Shown piece by piece: positions 1 to 11,549 of a stretch of DNA of 64,000 nucleotides. The first letter of the stretch is position 1. Each line of letters opens with the position of its first letter. A program made the translations under genes and the position numbers. The notes under the pieces were generated by a model. The model had not been told where the DNA came from, did no database searches, and saw only the letters and a list, made by a program, of their open reading frames with translations. The stretch is from an uncultured archaeon (lineage in GTDB: Archaea > Thermoplasmatota > Poseidoniia > MGIII > CAYLMJ01): positions 25,007 to 89,006 of the forward strand of contig CAYLMJ010000003.1 in NCBI GenBank assembly GCA_964384995.1, in the 5' to 3' direction.

Positions 1-430
1 AGCGGGAGCCGTAGAGCAACCGCCCGAAGACATGGGGCACCTGCTCCTCCACCACGCCGGGACCGTTGTCGGTGACGATGACCCTCAGCTCGTCGGCGTC
101 CACCTTCTCGAGGCTCACGACCACCTCGGGGAGGATGGCGGCCTGCTCGCATGCGTCCAGGGCGTTGTCCACCGCCTCCTTCACCGCCGTGATGAGCGAC
201 TGGGTGGGATTGTTGAAACCCAGGATGTGCTTGTTCTTCTCGAAGAACTTGGCGATGGAGGTCTGGGCGTACTCGCCGGCCGCCTTCTGGGCCGCCAGTT
301 TGCTCCTCCTCTTGGGGGCCGGAGTGGGCTTGTTCTGCCTCTTGACCGGGGCCGCTTCGGGTTCAACCGGGGGTTGCGCGGGAGGCGTCTCGGGCGCCGT
401 GAAGGCCTCTTCCAGGGTCTTCTGGGTCAT
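1..430 (-). CDS. top6B: DNA topoisomerase VI subunit B, N-terminal part; the gene runs off the window start
   Basis: Reverse-strand translation from the ATG at 430 gives MTQKTLEEAF...SIAKFFEKNKHILGFNNPTQSLITAVKEAVDNALDACEQAAILPEV...VTDNGPGV...VFGRLLYGS. This is the Bergerat/GHKL ATPase N-terminus typical of Top6B. The six-frame track misses it because the ORF is open to the window edge. Confidence 0.7.
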   Translation of the reverse strand, partial: MTQKTLEEAFTAPETPPAQPPVEPEAAPVKRQNKPTPAPKRRSKLAAQKAAGEYAQTSIAKFFEKNKHILGFNNPTQSLITAVKEAVDNALDACEQAAILPEVVVSLEKVDADELRVIVTDNGPGVVEEQVPHVFGRLLYGSR

Positions 431-493
431 GGTCGTAACCGCCACTGGCGATGGTGGATAAAGGGTTTGGCCGGATTGCCGGGGGCACTGCCT

Positions 494-3349
494 CTACTGG
501 GTGCCCGGGACGGCCAGCCACTGGGCGCATTGATGACAGTAGTAGTAGCCCTGGGCGGGTTGGAAGGGTGCCGGCTGCCAGCAGGTGGGACAGGTGGTGG
601 CCTGCGCCATCGGCTGGGCCTGAGGCTGGAGCTGGGGTTGGACCTGGGACTGGGCGACGGCCGGTCCGGCGGCGGGGACCATGCCCGGCTGGGCGGCCGG
701 AGCGGGTCCGCTCTCGGGCCATTCATCATCCTCGGGACCGGAGCGCAGATGGCGCATCAGACCCACGCCTCCCACCATCACCACCAACAGGGCCAACAGC
801 AGGACGATCATCAGGTCGGGCTCATCATCGTCCTTGTCCACCGGCCGGTTGGCCACATAGAAGCTCTCCATCACCTGGTTGTTGGAGATGTCCTCATCCT
901 CGAACTGGATGGTGGCGAAGAGCAGATGCTCGCCGGGCTGGGCGGTCCAGGTGTAGGTCACCGTGCGCTGGCCGCCGGCGGGCAGGTCCAAACTCACTTC
1001 GTGGAGCAGGCTCTCGCTGTCATCCGGGTCATCGAGATAGAGGGTCACCAGCACCGCTCTGCCCTCGGCCGGGGAGGGGTTGACCACCGTGAACGATATC
1101 TCCAGCTCGTCACCCTCCATGGGCTCATCGTCAGCCTCCCCCACCTCGATGGTATCGTCCAGGATGTAGTAATCGGGATGGAGGGCGGCGTGGTAGATGG
1201 TCAGGCTCTTGGACTCCACCTCGATGGTGTCGAACCCGTCATCCACAACAAGCTTGAAACTGGTCCAGCCCTCGGGCAGGTCGGCTGTGGACCAGCGCTG
1301 GGTGCCACTGGTCTCCAGACCCAGTCCGATGAGCTGGGGTTCACCCTGGCCAAGATGGTAGAGCCGGATGTCCAGCCCTCCGCTGTCGGGGTCGTTGACC
1401 GTCCAGGTCAGGTCCACATGGGAATCGGCGGTGTCGGTCTCGGTGTCACCCACGGATTCCAGCGTTGCCTGGGGCGGCGTGTTCACCATGATGGGCACCT
1501 GGGCCGTGGCGATGCCGGCCTGGCCGTCATCCACCGTAAGGGTGATGACATGGGCCCCGGCTGATAGTCGAGTGGATATCTCATCCTCGTCGCCGAGAGG
1601 ACCGTCCAGGTCCGAGGTCCAGCTGTAGGTCAGCAGGTCGGGTGTCTCGCCATCGGTGCTGCCCTCGGCCGCGAAGGTCACCCGCCGCGAGGGGCGGAAG
1701 ACCTCGTCCTCCAGGGGCTCGCTGATGACCGCCGTGGGGGGATTGTTGATGAAGAAGAGGATGGAGGTTGCACCCTCGACCCCGTAGATGTCTGTGGACG
1801 TCAGGGTCACGGTGTGCTCGCCCAGGGTGAGATCATCCCGGGTGAAGGAGGCCTCCTCGGACAGCAGGCCGTCCAGTGACGACTCCCAGCGATGGGTCAC
1901 CGCGTCCCCATCGGGGTCCGGTTCATCTGACGCCTCAAAGGTGACCTCGTCACCCGGCAGGGCCATGGAGCGGTCCAGGGGGACCAGGATGAGCGGCTCG
2001 GGGGCCGTGTTCATAACGATGTCGACCTTGGCGCTGGCGCTCTTGAAACCGTCGTTGACCGTCAGGGTGATGGTGTGGGGACCCCGCTCCTCCAGGGTGT
2101 GGCTGAAGGTGGCCTCGGTGCCAAACTGGCCCTCACGGTCCGACTCCCAGAGGTAGGTCAACTCGTTGCCCTCGGGATCGTAGCTGGAACCGCCGTCGAA
2201 GTCAAGAGCCCCGCCCACCGGATAGAGGCCCGCCTCCGGGCTGTCCAGCACCGGCACGGGGATCTGGTTGTTCAGCCAGCCGAAGATGTTCAGGGCCCAG
2301 GCCAGGTTGTCCGACTCGTTGAGGTAGTCATCGTTGAGGGCGTGAGAATCGGAGATGGCCACCAGCCGCCCCTGGCCATAGGGAGCCGCCGCGGCCAGCA
2401 GATTGGGGAAGATTGGCGTCTCGTCCCACACCACATCCTGGGCCTGCCCGCTCACCTCCAGGATCAGATTGGGGCTGTTGAAGTAGAGCTGGGTGATGGC
2501 GTCGTTGACCGGATGGTCCTCCAGCTGGTTGGTGGAGCCGGGAAGTCCCGGCTGACCGGTCCAGTCAATGCCGGCGTAATCGGTGAGCGCCCTCATAGTG
2601 GCCGCGCTGTCATCGCCGTTCACCAGCAGGCCGCCGCCGGAATCAATGAAGGTCTGCAAGACCTCGAGCTCCTCGGTGGTGTAGGCCGTCTGGGGCTGTC
2701 CCACCACCAGCACCGTGATGGGCTCCAGGGCCAGGTCGGTGAGGCTCTCACCGTCCGGCAGGGCGAACACGTGGTAGCGGGCCGTCTCCAGCTCATCGGC
2801 CATCACGGTGTAGGTGAAATCGTTGGCATGGGCCTCGTCGAACAGCACCTTGCCCACCGGCCGGTAGACATCCAGGGTCCGGTAGAGCCAGTTGTTGTAG
2901 GTGCGGGCCTCATCCTCCACGGGTTGGACGTGGATGGCGATGGGGGTCAGGGCCTCCCGGGTGGGGGTCCAGCCCAGGGTCAGCTCCTCGGCCAAGCCCG
3001 AGGCCAGCTCGTCCACCGTGATGGTGCTCTCGACCTTGTCGTTGACCCGCAGTTCGACGGTCAGGTCGCTCTCGTCCGAGAGTCCGATGTTGGCCAGCTG
3101 GAAGGTGAACTCGGTGGGTTCGTTGACCTCAAAGTAGTGGTCCAGTTCAAGGCCGCCCAGGCTCAGTTCGTGCTCCTCGCTGATGACCCCGGAGACAACC
3201 AGGGCGAAGGGCTGGTCCACCTCCTCGGTGTCCTCGTCGCCGTCCATGGCGATGTTGTCGGCCGCCACCTCGATGGACCAGAGCCCCTCCTCCGGGGCCT
3301 CGATGAAGACGTTCTCCACGTTGTTGATGGAGTCGCGCTCACCGTCCAC
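494..3349 (-). CDS. C-terminal continuation of the S8 peptidase: fn3/PKD-like domains, a TM helix and a C-terminal zinc ribbon
   Basis: 951 aa ORF with repeated PKD-like motifs (GGSSYDPEGNELTYLWESD, DEPDPDGDAVTHRWESS, DGETPDLLTYSWTSD), then the hydrophobic helix LMIVLLLALLVVMVGGVGL and a CPTC...CHQC motif at the C-terminus. Upstream of its listed start this frame reads DLIVTTPSGDTYLGNYG, which is the expected continuation of the subtilase fold. Confidence 0.6.
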   Translation of the reverse strand: MDGERDSINNVENVFIEAPEEGLWSIEVAADNIAMDGDEDTEEVDQPFALVVSGVISEEHELSLGGLELDHYFEVNEPTEFTFQLANIGLSDESDLTVELRVNDKVESTITVDELASGLAEELTLGWTPTREALTPIAIHVQPVEDEARTYNNWLYRTLDVYRPVGKVLFDEAHANDFTYTVMADELETARYHVFALPDGESLTDLALEPITVLVVGQPQTAYTTEELEVLQTFIDSGGGLLVNGDDSAATMRALTDYAGIDWTGQPGLPGSTNQLEDHPVNDAITQLYFNSPNLILEVSGQAQDVVWDETPIFPNLLAAAAPYGQGRLVAISDSHALNDDYLNESDNLAWALNIFGWLNNQIPVPVLDSPEAGLYPVGGALDFDGGSSYDPEGNELTYLWESDREGQFGTEATFSHTLEERGPHTITLTVNDGFKSASAKVDIVMNTAPEPLILVPLDRSMALPGDEVTFEASDEPDPDGDAVTHRWESSLDGLLSEEASFTRDDLTLGEHTVTLTSTDIYGVEGATSILFFINNPPTAVISEPLEDEVFRPSRRVTFAAEGSTDGETPDLLTYSWTSDLDGPLGDEDEISTRLSAGAHVITLTVDDGQAGIATAQVPIMVNTPPQATLESVGDTETDTADSHVDLTWTVNDPDSGGLDIRLYHLGQGEPQLIGLGLETSGTQRWSTADLPEGWTSFKLVVDDGFDTIEVESKSLTIYHAALHPDYYILDDTIEVGEADDEPMEGDELEISFTVVNPSPAEGRAVLVTLYLDDPDDSESLLHEVSLDLPAGGQRTVTYTWTAQPGEHLLFATIQFEDEDISNNQVMESFYVANRPVDKDDDEPDLMIVLLLALLVVMVGGVGLMRHLRSGPEDDEWPESGPAPAAQPGMVPAAGPAVAQSQVQPQLQPQAQPMAQATTCPTCWQPAPFQPAQGYYYCHQCAQWLAVPGTQ

Positions 3350-5073
3350 GATGGAGTAGTGGTTGTCGCCCAGGCCGTAGTTGCCCAGGTAGGTGTCCCC
3401 CGAGGGGGTGGTGACGATGAGGTCCAGACCAGGGATATCTTCAGGGGCGTGATGGTGGTGGGCTGGAAATTGACTGAGAAGGACTGACCGGTCTCCAGGG
3501 CCACCTCCTCGTCCACGATGAGATGGTTGACCCCCATGCCGTGCAGGTAGTCCATGTCGATGTAGCCCCAGCCCTGGGCGAAGCGGTCGGCCCGGGTCAG
3601 GTCGTGCTGGTAGGCGTTGGCGATGGCCAGGGCCTTGATGGTGGCGGCGTGGGGTTTCTCGCCCGAGGGATTGTTGCCAAAGTGGTTGGCCTTGTAGAGC
3701 TGGTAGGCCAGGGAGAGGGCTCCGGCGGTCACCGGTGTGGCTCCCGAGGTCCCACCGAACGAGGAGGTGTAGCCGTTGTCCCCGGTGGTGGTGTAGATGG
3801 CGTCGTAGGGTCCCGAGAGGTCGGGCTTGTAGCGGCCGTCCTCGGTGGGTCCCTTGTTGCCCTCGTTGCCACTGTGCCGGTCGTCCTCACGATCGGTGTT
3901 GTCGAAATGGTCCAGGCCTCCAACGGTGATGACGTTCTTGGCCGTGGCATCCTGGGAGATGGACTCGTCACTGCCCCCGTTGCCGGCGGCGTAGAGCATG
4001 CTCACATCGTACTCCATGACGGCCCGGTCGTTCTCCTCGGAGTAGGAGGAGTACTGGCTGTTGGCCGAGCCCTGGTGCCACGAGTTGGACTGGAAGAGCC
4101 CGTCCCAGTTGTTCACCAGATTGCGGATGGACTGGAGCCGGGGCACGTTCCACTGGCAGAAGACCCCGCCCGAGCCGTGGGACTGGCCCAGGGCCCGCTC
4201 GTCCACCCCCTTGGCGTAGACGATGCCGAAGGTGGAGGTGCCGTGGTCGGCCTCCTCCACGTTGCCGTCGGTGCCGATGAGCTGGCCCTCGAACTCCTGA
4301 TGGTCCTGGTCGATGCCGTTGTCCTTTATCTCGCCCACGATGGGCTCCCCGGTCACCTCGTAGGTGTGCATCTCCTCGGTGCCGGTGAAGATCCGGATGT
4401 TGTCCATGACGGCGACCAGCTCACCGTGGAGGGACAGCCATTCCACCCGGTCCAGGGCCGCCAGAACTGGCAGGTCCGGGCTCATCATCCTGACCGTGAG
4501 GATGTCGTTGAGCTGTCCCGTGTCCAGGATATCGCCCTCCAGGGTCCGAATGAGATCCATGATGGTGGCCCTGTCCCGGCTCGAGGTCAGTTCGGGAAAG
4601 AGCTTGATCTCCACGGTCAGCTCAACATCCCCCTGGACCGCCGCAAGCTCGGGGTCGATCTTGTAGGCCGGATGGTAGGGGCCGACCCAGGTGACGAAGT
4701 CGAGGTCGGCCGTCCGCTCCAGACCTCCCTGTCCGTTCTCAAAGACCAGGTAGGTGTACTGGGGAATGTAGCGCAGGATGGTGAGTCCCTGGTCTTCCAG
4801 GGTGGAGTACCAGCCGGGCTGGGTCGCTCCTTCCAGCTGGACCAGGGCCAGGCGGCTGTCATCCAGGGACGCAAGATGGGAGGGCACCTGGGGCTTACCA
4901 GCCGAGGGGTCGAAGTTGGCGTACTTGAGATGGATCAGACCCGTATCATCATCAGGTCCAGTATCATCGGGTCCGGTCCGGGGTCCGGAGGCCGAACTGC
5001 CCATCAGGCCCAGCGGCATCAGCATGGCGAGGACTATCAGCAGGCTCAGGGGTCGAGTTGGGGAAAGGGCCAT
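3163..5073 (-). CDS. S8 family subtilisin-like serine peptidase domain with a signal peptide; its native frame ends in low-complexity sequence after a frameshift
   Basis: N-terminal signal peptide MALSPTRPLSLLIVLAMLMPLGLMG. Catalytic triad motifs appear in D-H-S order (DNGIDQDHQEF, HGTSTFGIV, GGTSGATP). The ...KISLVWT motif is followed by a Ser/Thr/Pro/Arg-rich out-of-frame tail. Confidence 0.75.
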   Translation of the reverse strand: MALSPTRPLSLLIVLAMLMPLGLMGSSASGPRTGPDDTGPDDDTGLIHLKYANFDPSAGKPQVPSHLASLDDSRLALVQLEGATQPGWYSTLEDQGLTILRYIPQYTYLVFENGQGGLERTADLDFVTWVGPYHPAYKIDPELAAVQGDVELTVEIKLFPELTSSRDRATIMDLIRTLEGDILDTGQLNDILTVRMMSPDLPVLAALDRVEWLSLHGELVAVMDNIRIFTGTEEMHTYEVTGEPIVGEIKDNGIDQDHQEFEGQLIGTDGNVEEADHGTSTFGIVYAKGVDERALGQSHGSGGVFCQWNVPRLQSIRNLVNNWDGLFQSNSWHQGSANSQYSSYSEENDRAVMEYDVSMLYAAGNGGSDESISQDATAKNVITVGGLDHFDNTDREDDRHSGNEGNKGPTEDGRYKPDLSGPYDAIYTTTGDNGYTSSFGGTSGATPVTAGALSLAYQLYKANHFGNNPSGEKPHAATIKALAIANAYQHDLTRADRFAQGWGYIDMDYLHGMGVNHLIVDEEVALETGQSFSVNFQPTTITPLKISLVWTSSSPPPRGTPTWATTAWATTTTPSWTVSATPSTTWRTSSSRPRRRGSGPSRWRPTTSPWTATRTPRRWTSPSPWLSPGSSARSTN

Positions 5074-5111
5074 GGCTATACCTGGTGTTGTTCTGTCAAG
5101 GCCAGTTCGGG

Positions 5112-5122
5112 TTTTTATTTAG
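5112..5122 (-). promoter_or_regulatory. Candidate TATA box (CTAAATAAAAA on the minus strand) about 45 nt upstream of the subtilase start
   Basis: A/T-rich box in otherwise GC-rich DNA at the position expected for an archaeal promoter. Confidence 0.25.
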
Positions 5123-5177
5123 ACCTTTGTCCATTTTAGGGCCCAAAATCCAGATATCGACCAATCGCGGGTTCAGG

Positions 5178-5594
5178 TCACCGTTTGTTCTCGTGTTTCC
5201 GTGCGGCCTTGCCAATGTCCCGGTTCAGCTTCCGGGCCACTCTCTTCTGGCGATTCAATTCCCAGGCCTGGTTGCGTTTCTGCTTGTCCTCGTTCTTCAT
5301 TCGCGAGATGTTCAAGCGAGTGTCGGCCCGCAAGGCCTCCTCCTTGTTGATGCGCCTGATTAACTTGTGCTGTATCTCGTGGGGCAGTTGGTCCATCAGA
5401 TGGCGGTCGATGGCCAAGTGGAGGTCCACATCCTTGCCCTTGGGCTTGAAGCCGACCTCACCCGCCCCATCCGGTGCGCTGGACATTTTGAGTTTGCACA
5501 CAAGACAACGCTCGGCATTTTCGGGCACATCGGCGCCACAGTTGCCGCACTCGAACAGTTTCTGCTTCTCATCTTGGGTCTCGGACATCGTCAA
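5178..5594 (-). CDS. Small zinc-ribbon protein with a basic C-terminal tail (hypothetical)
   Basis: 138 aa with a CGNCG...CLVC motif and a Lys/Arg-rich C-terminus; GC3-rich codon usage matches neighbouring genes. Confidence 0.5.
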   Translation of the reverse strand: MTMSETQDEKQKLFECGNCGADVPENAERCLVCKLKMSSAPDGAGEVGFKPKGKDVDLHLAIDRHLMDQLPHEIQHKLIRRINKEEALRADTRLNISRMKNEDKQKRNQAWELNRQKRVARKLNRDIGKAARKHENKR

Positions 5595-5692
5595 GCAACC
5601 CGGCAGGGTATCGGTCCCTGGATATTAACATTGAGGCTAATGCATCATTCAAAAGCCCAAAGAGCTATCACCGACCATATCCATACAACATT

Positions 5693-6973
5693 GTGGCCTA
5701 TTTTCCCCACGACCCGGATGATGACTTTGGATTGAAGCTCAATCGTTGGCTGGGACGCAAGGACCGCCAGCTGGCCTTGGAACTGCCCCATGCCCTCTAC
5801 ACCATGGAGCTCATGCTGGCCTCGGGAGCCGGGACCGAGGAGGCCATCCTCTACGTGGCCCGGGGTGATTACGGCCCTGTCTCAAAGCTATTTGCGGAGG
5901 CCGTCGACTCGGCCGCCGAGGGGGAGGTCCAGCTCTCCAAAGCTCTGCTGGCGGTGGGCCGTGCCTCGGGCTCGGAGCCCTTCCAGGAGGCAATGGACGA
6001 GCTGGTGGCCCGCATGGAGACCGGCTACGACGTGGGCAAGCGACTGGGCCAGTTCGCCTATCGCAACCAGCTCTACATACGACGGGCCAACGACGCCTTC
6101 TCCAACAGGTTCCGGGAGGTCTACCTGCCCGCCTACATGATCCTGGCCCTGCTGTTCCCATTCCTCTTTGGTTCGGTGAGCTTCTTTCTGGGCTCGGTGG
6201 CGGTCGGCGACGTTCCCCAACCCCCGCCCTGGCTGGCCTGGCCCTTTCCCTTCGTGAGCCTGGCCGTGGCCTGCTACATGATCCATGCCTCGCCACCCAT
6301 GGAACGAACGAGCCTGCGGGAACTCTATCTCTTCATGGTCCGCTATCCCTCGACCCAGGTGCTCATGATGGGTCTGGCGGTTGTAATATCCTTCTACGTA
6401 GGCTGGCTCTCCCTGGGCTTCGGCTTCGCCTCCGCCATCATCACCAGCCCCGGCTTCCTGATCCTGGCCCTCCTGGTCTTCGACCATTACGGGAACCAGA
6501 AGGCCGAGGAGGTGGAGAGCCGGTTCCGCCAGGGCCTGGAGGATACGGCCGATTACATCTCGGGCCATCACTCCCTGGAGTGGTCCATCAACCAGGGCTT
6601 CTCGGAAGAGTTCCTGACCGACCTCTGCCTGGTCCGGGACCGGTGGGAGCTGAACGAGGCCTTCAGGGATCTGGCTCGGCGCTTTCCACTGCACACCTTC
6701 AGGCGGACGGCGCTACTGATAAAGGCCTCCACCGAACGAGGCTTGGAGGTGGGCGATGCCCTGCGCATGCTGGCCAAGGGGCTGTGGGAGCATCACCTCA
6801 TCCGCTTTCGCCGCCGGGAGCAGAACCTGAAGGAACTGTTGTTGGGCATTATCATCATGCTGGGCGTGGCCGGCCTGCTCCCCATCGGCTTCACCTTCCT
6901 GCCCACCGCTCTGGCCATCGTGGGCCTGGTCGGATACCTCCTGGTCTACCTGGTGGGCGTTGGCAGGCTGTGA
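5693..6973 (+). CDS. Polytopic membrane protein with two T2SSF-like repeats (FlaJ/TadC/PilC-like pilus or archaellum assembly platform protein)
   Basis: Two cytoplasmic helical segments (ELMLASGAGTEEAILYVARGDYG... and ...GDALRMLAKGLWEHHLIRF...) are each followed by TM helix bundles. This architecture resembles GspF/FlaJ; the start is a GTG. Confidence 0.4.
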   Translation: MAYFPHDPDDDFGLKLNRWLGRKDRQLALELPHALYTMELMLASGAGTEEAILYVARGDYGPVSKLFAEAVDSAAEGEVQLSKALLAVGRASGSEPFQEAMDELVARMETGYDVGKRLGQFAYRNQLYIRRANDAFSNRFREVYLPAYMILALLFPFLFGSVSFFLGSVAVGDVPQPPPWLAWPFPFVSLAVACYMIHASPPMERTSLRELYLFMVRYPSTQVLMMGLAVVISFYVGWLSLGFGFASAIITSPGFLILALLVFDHYGNQKAEEVESRFRQGLEDTADYISGHHSLEWSINQGFSEEFLTDLCLVRDRWELNEAFRDLARRFPLHTFRRTALLIKASTERGLEVGDALRMLAKGLWEHHLIRFRRREQNLKELLLGIIIMLGVAGLLPIGFTFLPTALAIVGLVGYLLVYLVGVGRL

Positions 6974-6979
6974 ACTGTC

Positions 6980-8122
6980 TCAGGCCGAACCCGAGATCTC
7001 CCTGAGCTTGTGCAGGGCGTCGGCGGCGGCCTTGCGCACGTCCTGGTACTCGTCGTGCATGGAATCCACCAGCTCATCCTCGATCTGCTCGCAGAGCTGG
7101 CGCCGCCATTCGATGGTCGGCTGGGCCTTGGAGGCCTCGGCCAGGGCGCATCCCAGTCGATCCAGGGCCTCGATGGAGTGGAGTCGGATGGTGCGGTTGT
7201 TGGACATGTTCAGGGCCGATATCAGCGGCTCCACCGCCTCCTGCCCGATGACCTCCAGGGCCTGGGTGGCGGCATGTCGGACGTTCTCCGAACGGTCGCC
7301 CAGGGCGGCGATGAGCGGGGCGATGGCTTCTTCAGCTCGCATGCGGCCCAGGGTCCAGGCGGCCGATTCTCGAACCGCGGGTTCGATGTGGTTCAGCTTG
7401 TCCACAATGTGGGGGACCCATTCGTCCGACCCATTGTCCGTGGCGGCCAGTGATGCAGCCAGCGCCGCTTCCTCGGATGCCAGCTCCTGAGGCAGTTCAG
7501 CGTGATATTCGATGAACTCCACCTCATCTGGTACATCCTCCATCCTCAGCTCGACCAATGGCTCCTGGGACCCATGTGGCAGATCGGGTGGCTCAGATGG
7601 TTCCGGTTCACCCTCACCCAGTTCCTCCAGCGCCTCGCTGGCCGCGGTCCTCACCTCGGGCTCCTTGTCGTAGGTGGCATCCTTCAGGGCCAGCACCGCC
7701 CGCCGGTCGCCCAGGTCGCCCAGTGCCGAGGCCGCCAGCATGCGCACCCCCTCATCCTGGTCCTCCAGGACCGTTATCAGCGGGTCCACCGCCCGGGGGT
7801 CGCCCAGCTGTTCCAGGGCGTTGACCACGTTGCGTCTGACCCGCCAGTTGCCATCGTCCAGGGCCCCCACCAGGGCCTCGAAAGCCCGGACCGAGCCCAG
7901 GCGGCCCAGGGCCCAGGCGGACCAGCGGCGGGTGTCCGTGCGGTCATCCCCCAGGGCCTTGACCAGTCCCTCCACCGCCCTGGTATCGCCCAGCTGGGCC
8001 AGACCGAAGGCGGCCTCCTTGCGTATCTTGGACTCCTTGCCCCTCAGGGCCTTGACCAGGCTCTCCCAGTCGCCGGCCACCACCATCGCGGCTATCTCAC
8101 TCTCGGTATCGGCCATGGACAT
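6980..8122 (-). CDS. HEAT/PBS-lyase repeat protein
   Basis: Tandem repeats of the form DxxxRxxAAxALGxLGDxRAVEPLxxAL in two blocks separated by an acidic linker. Confidence 0.7.
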   Translation of the reverse strand: MSMADTESEIAAMVVAGDWESLVKALRGKESKIRKEAAFGLAQLGDTRAVEGLVKALGDDRTDTRRWSAWALGRLGSVRAFEALVGALDDGNWRVRRNVVNALEQLGDPRAVDPLITVLEDQDEGVRMLAASALGDLGDRRAVLALKDATYDKEPEVRTAASEALEELGEGEPEPSEPPDLPHGSQEPLVELRMEDVPDEVEFIEYHAELPQELASEEAALAASLAATDNGSDEWVPHIVDKLNHIEPAVRESAAWTLGRMRAEEAIAPLIAALGDRSENVRHAATQALEVIGQEAVEPLISALNMSNNRTIRLHSIEALDRLGCALAEASKAQPTIEWRRQLCEQIEDELVDSMHDEYQDVRKAAADALHKLREISGSA

Positions 8123-8249
8123 CCCTGACCCAAGATATGGCTTCGGTCCTTAATGGACTTTGCTCTCGGGTGTGTTTGGGCTATTGCTGGATGCTCGGCA
8201 ACCCTCTTACAGTCCTGTTACAGTCCTGTTATCTTGAACTGGTTACCCC

Positions 8250-10340
<2,091 letters not shown>

Positions 10341-10628
10341 TGGTTGCCCCTCCCGGTAAGCTCATTCCCACTGCCCCGGTCGCTGATGGTCAAGCCCTCC
10401 TCCGGGCTCCCTGAGGCGAGGTCGACCCGCCCAGAGCCATGGCCAAAACCGATGGGATAAGTCAGTGAAAAGACCCCATGGAATAGGTGATTGGCCATTA
10501 AGGGGTCTTTATAAAAGTCTGCCCCAACCGTGGGGAGTCACTGGCGAGGCCTGTCGGCGGGGTGTGAAAGGCCACTGGCCACCACAAAGGTTAAAGTTGA
10601 ATGGGGATTCGGCGCTGTGGTGGCTAAA

Positions 10629-11300
10629 ATGGCAAAAACCGAGCCCAAGACCCCCGAAGCAGACCCTGGCGAGCCGACGAACGAGATGCTGGCAGAGCTG
10701 ATGAAACTCCCTGGCGTGGGCGTTGTGACCGCCAAGTCATTATGGTCCAAGGGCATCACCTCGGCCAAGGACCTCCAGGGCCAGACCGTGGAGGGTTTAG
10801 GCAAGGTCAAGGGTTTCACGGTGGAACAGACCAAGAAGCTCCTGGCCTTCGTGCACCTGGACGGCGTGGTCGATACCGCCTCGGGCACCCTGTCCCAGCT
10901 GGTGGAGGCCACCCTGAGCACCGCCAAGACCATCACCTCCACCGCCGCGGACACCGCAGGCAAGGCCATGAACGTGGCCACCGACACGGCGGGCAAGGCC
11001 GTGGACACGGCAGGCAAGGCGGTGGGCAGTGCCACCGAGATGGTGGGTCTGAAGGGCGGCGAGGGCGGTTCCCTGCCCGACAAGCTGTGGCAGGAGCTGA
11101 AGGGCGTTCCCGACATGACCAAGGAGAAGGCCACGGCGCTCTACAACGCCGGCTTCACCACCAGCAAGCAGATAATGAACGCCACCGCGGCCCAGCTGGC
11201 CAAGGTGCAGGGCATCACCATGGAGTTGGCCGGCAAGCTCGTGGACTTCGTGAAGGAACTGGTGCCCGGCGGGGAAGCAGAGGAAGAGGCGGCAGAGTAG
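10629..11300 (+). CDS. Small DNA-binding protein with two helix-hairpin-helix motifs and an internal DTAGKAV repeat
   Basis: HhH motifs LPGVGVVTAKSL and LKGVPDMTKEKATALYNAGF...LAKVQGI; a central threefold DTAGKA(V/M) repeat. The ATG at 10629 (MAKTEPK) is preferred over the track start at 10530. Confidence 0.55.
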   Translation: MAKTEPKTPEADPGEPTNEMLAELMKLPGVGVVTAKSLWSKGITSAKDLQGQTVEGLGKVKGFTVEQTKKLLAFVHLDGVVDTASGTLSQLVEATLSTAKTITSTAADTAGKAMNVATDTAGKAVDTAGKAVGSATEMVGLKGGEGGSLPDKLWQELKGVPDMTKEKATALYNAGFTTSKQIMNATAAQLAKVQGITMELAGKLVDFVKELVPGGEAEEEAAE

Positions 11301-11372
11301 CCCGGGAACCCTGGTTACTGCGAGCCTTTCGACCAATTCTCTTTCTCAGAGAGATTCCTCGATGCCTCCTCC

Positions 11373-11426
11373 TCCAATGCGATATGAGAATCTGACGATT
11401 CCAATGCGATGTGAGAATGGAACGAC
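11373..11426. repeat. Two tandem copies of a 27-bp direct repeat (tccaatgcgatRtgagaat...acga), about 40 bp upstream of tRNA-Leu
   Basis: Copy 1 at 11373-11399 and copy 2 at 11400-11426 share 22 of 27 identities. Confidence 0.5.
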
Positions 11427-11465
11427 CCCAAGCCATGATGATGAACCGATGACAGTGAACTATGT

Positions 11466-11548
11466 GTGGGGGTAGCCAAGCCTGGAAACGGCGCCGGACT
11501 TAAGATCCGGTCCTTAGTGGTCCGTGGGTTCGAATCCCACCCCCCACA
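11466..11548 (+). tRNA. tRNA-Leu (anticodon TAA), class II with a long variable arm
   Basis: Acceptor stem GTGGGGG pairs with CCCCCAC. The anticodon stem-loop CCGGA-CTTAAGA-TCCGG gives anticodon TAA. There is a long variable arm and the T-arm is GTGGG-TTCGAAT-CCCAC. The discriminator is A and no CCA is encoded. Confidence 0.85.
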
Positions 11549-11549
11549 C

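Noticed and set aside
32-1564. 510-aa plus-strand ORF (and nested 66..461, 451..1083 ORFs)
   Set aside because: Gly/Arg/Leu/His-rich low-complexity translation antisense to the confident Top6B fragment and the PKD-domain gene; a typical shadow ORF of a high-GC genome.
2075-5139. Long plus-strand ORFs 2075..3487 and 3523..5139
   Set aside because: Antisense to the subtilase/PKD gene, with repetitive Gly/Val/Ala/Asp composition and no motifs; the opposite strand has clear catalytic-triad and PKD signatures.
10530-10628. Upstream extension of the HhH protein ORF (track start at 10530)
   Set aside because: The extension (MGSHWRGLSAGCERPLATTKVKVEWGFGAVVAK) lacks coding-like features and overlaps the hppA divergent promoter region; the first ATG at 10629 followed by MAKTEPK is more plausible.
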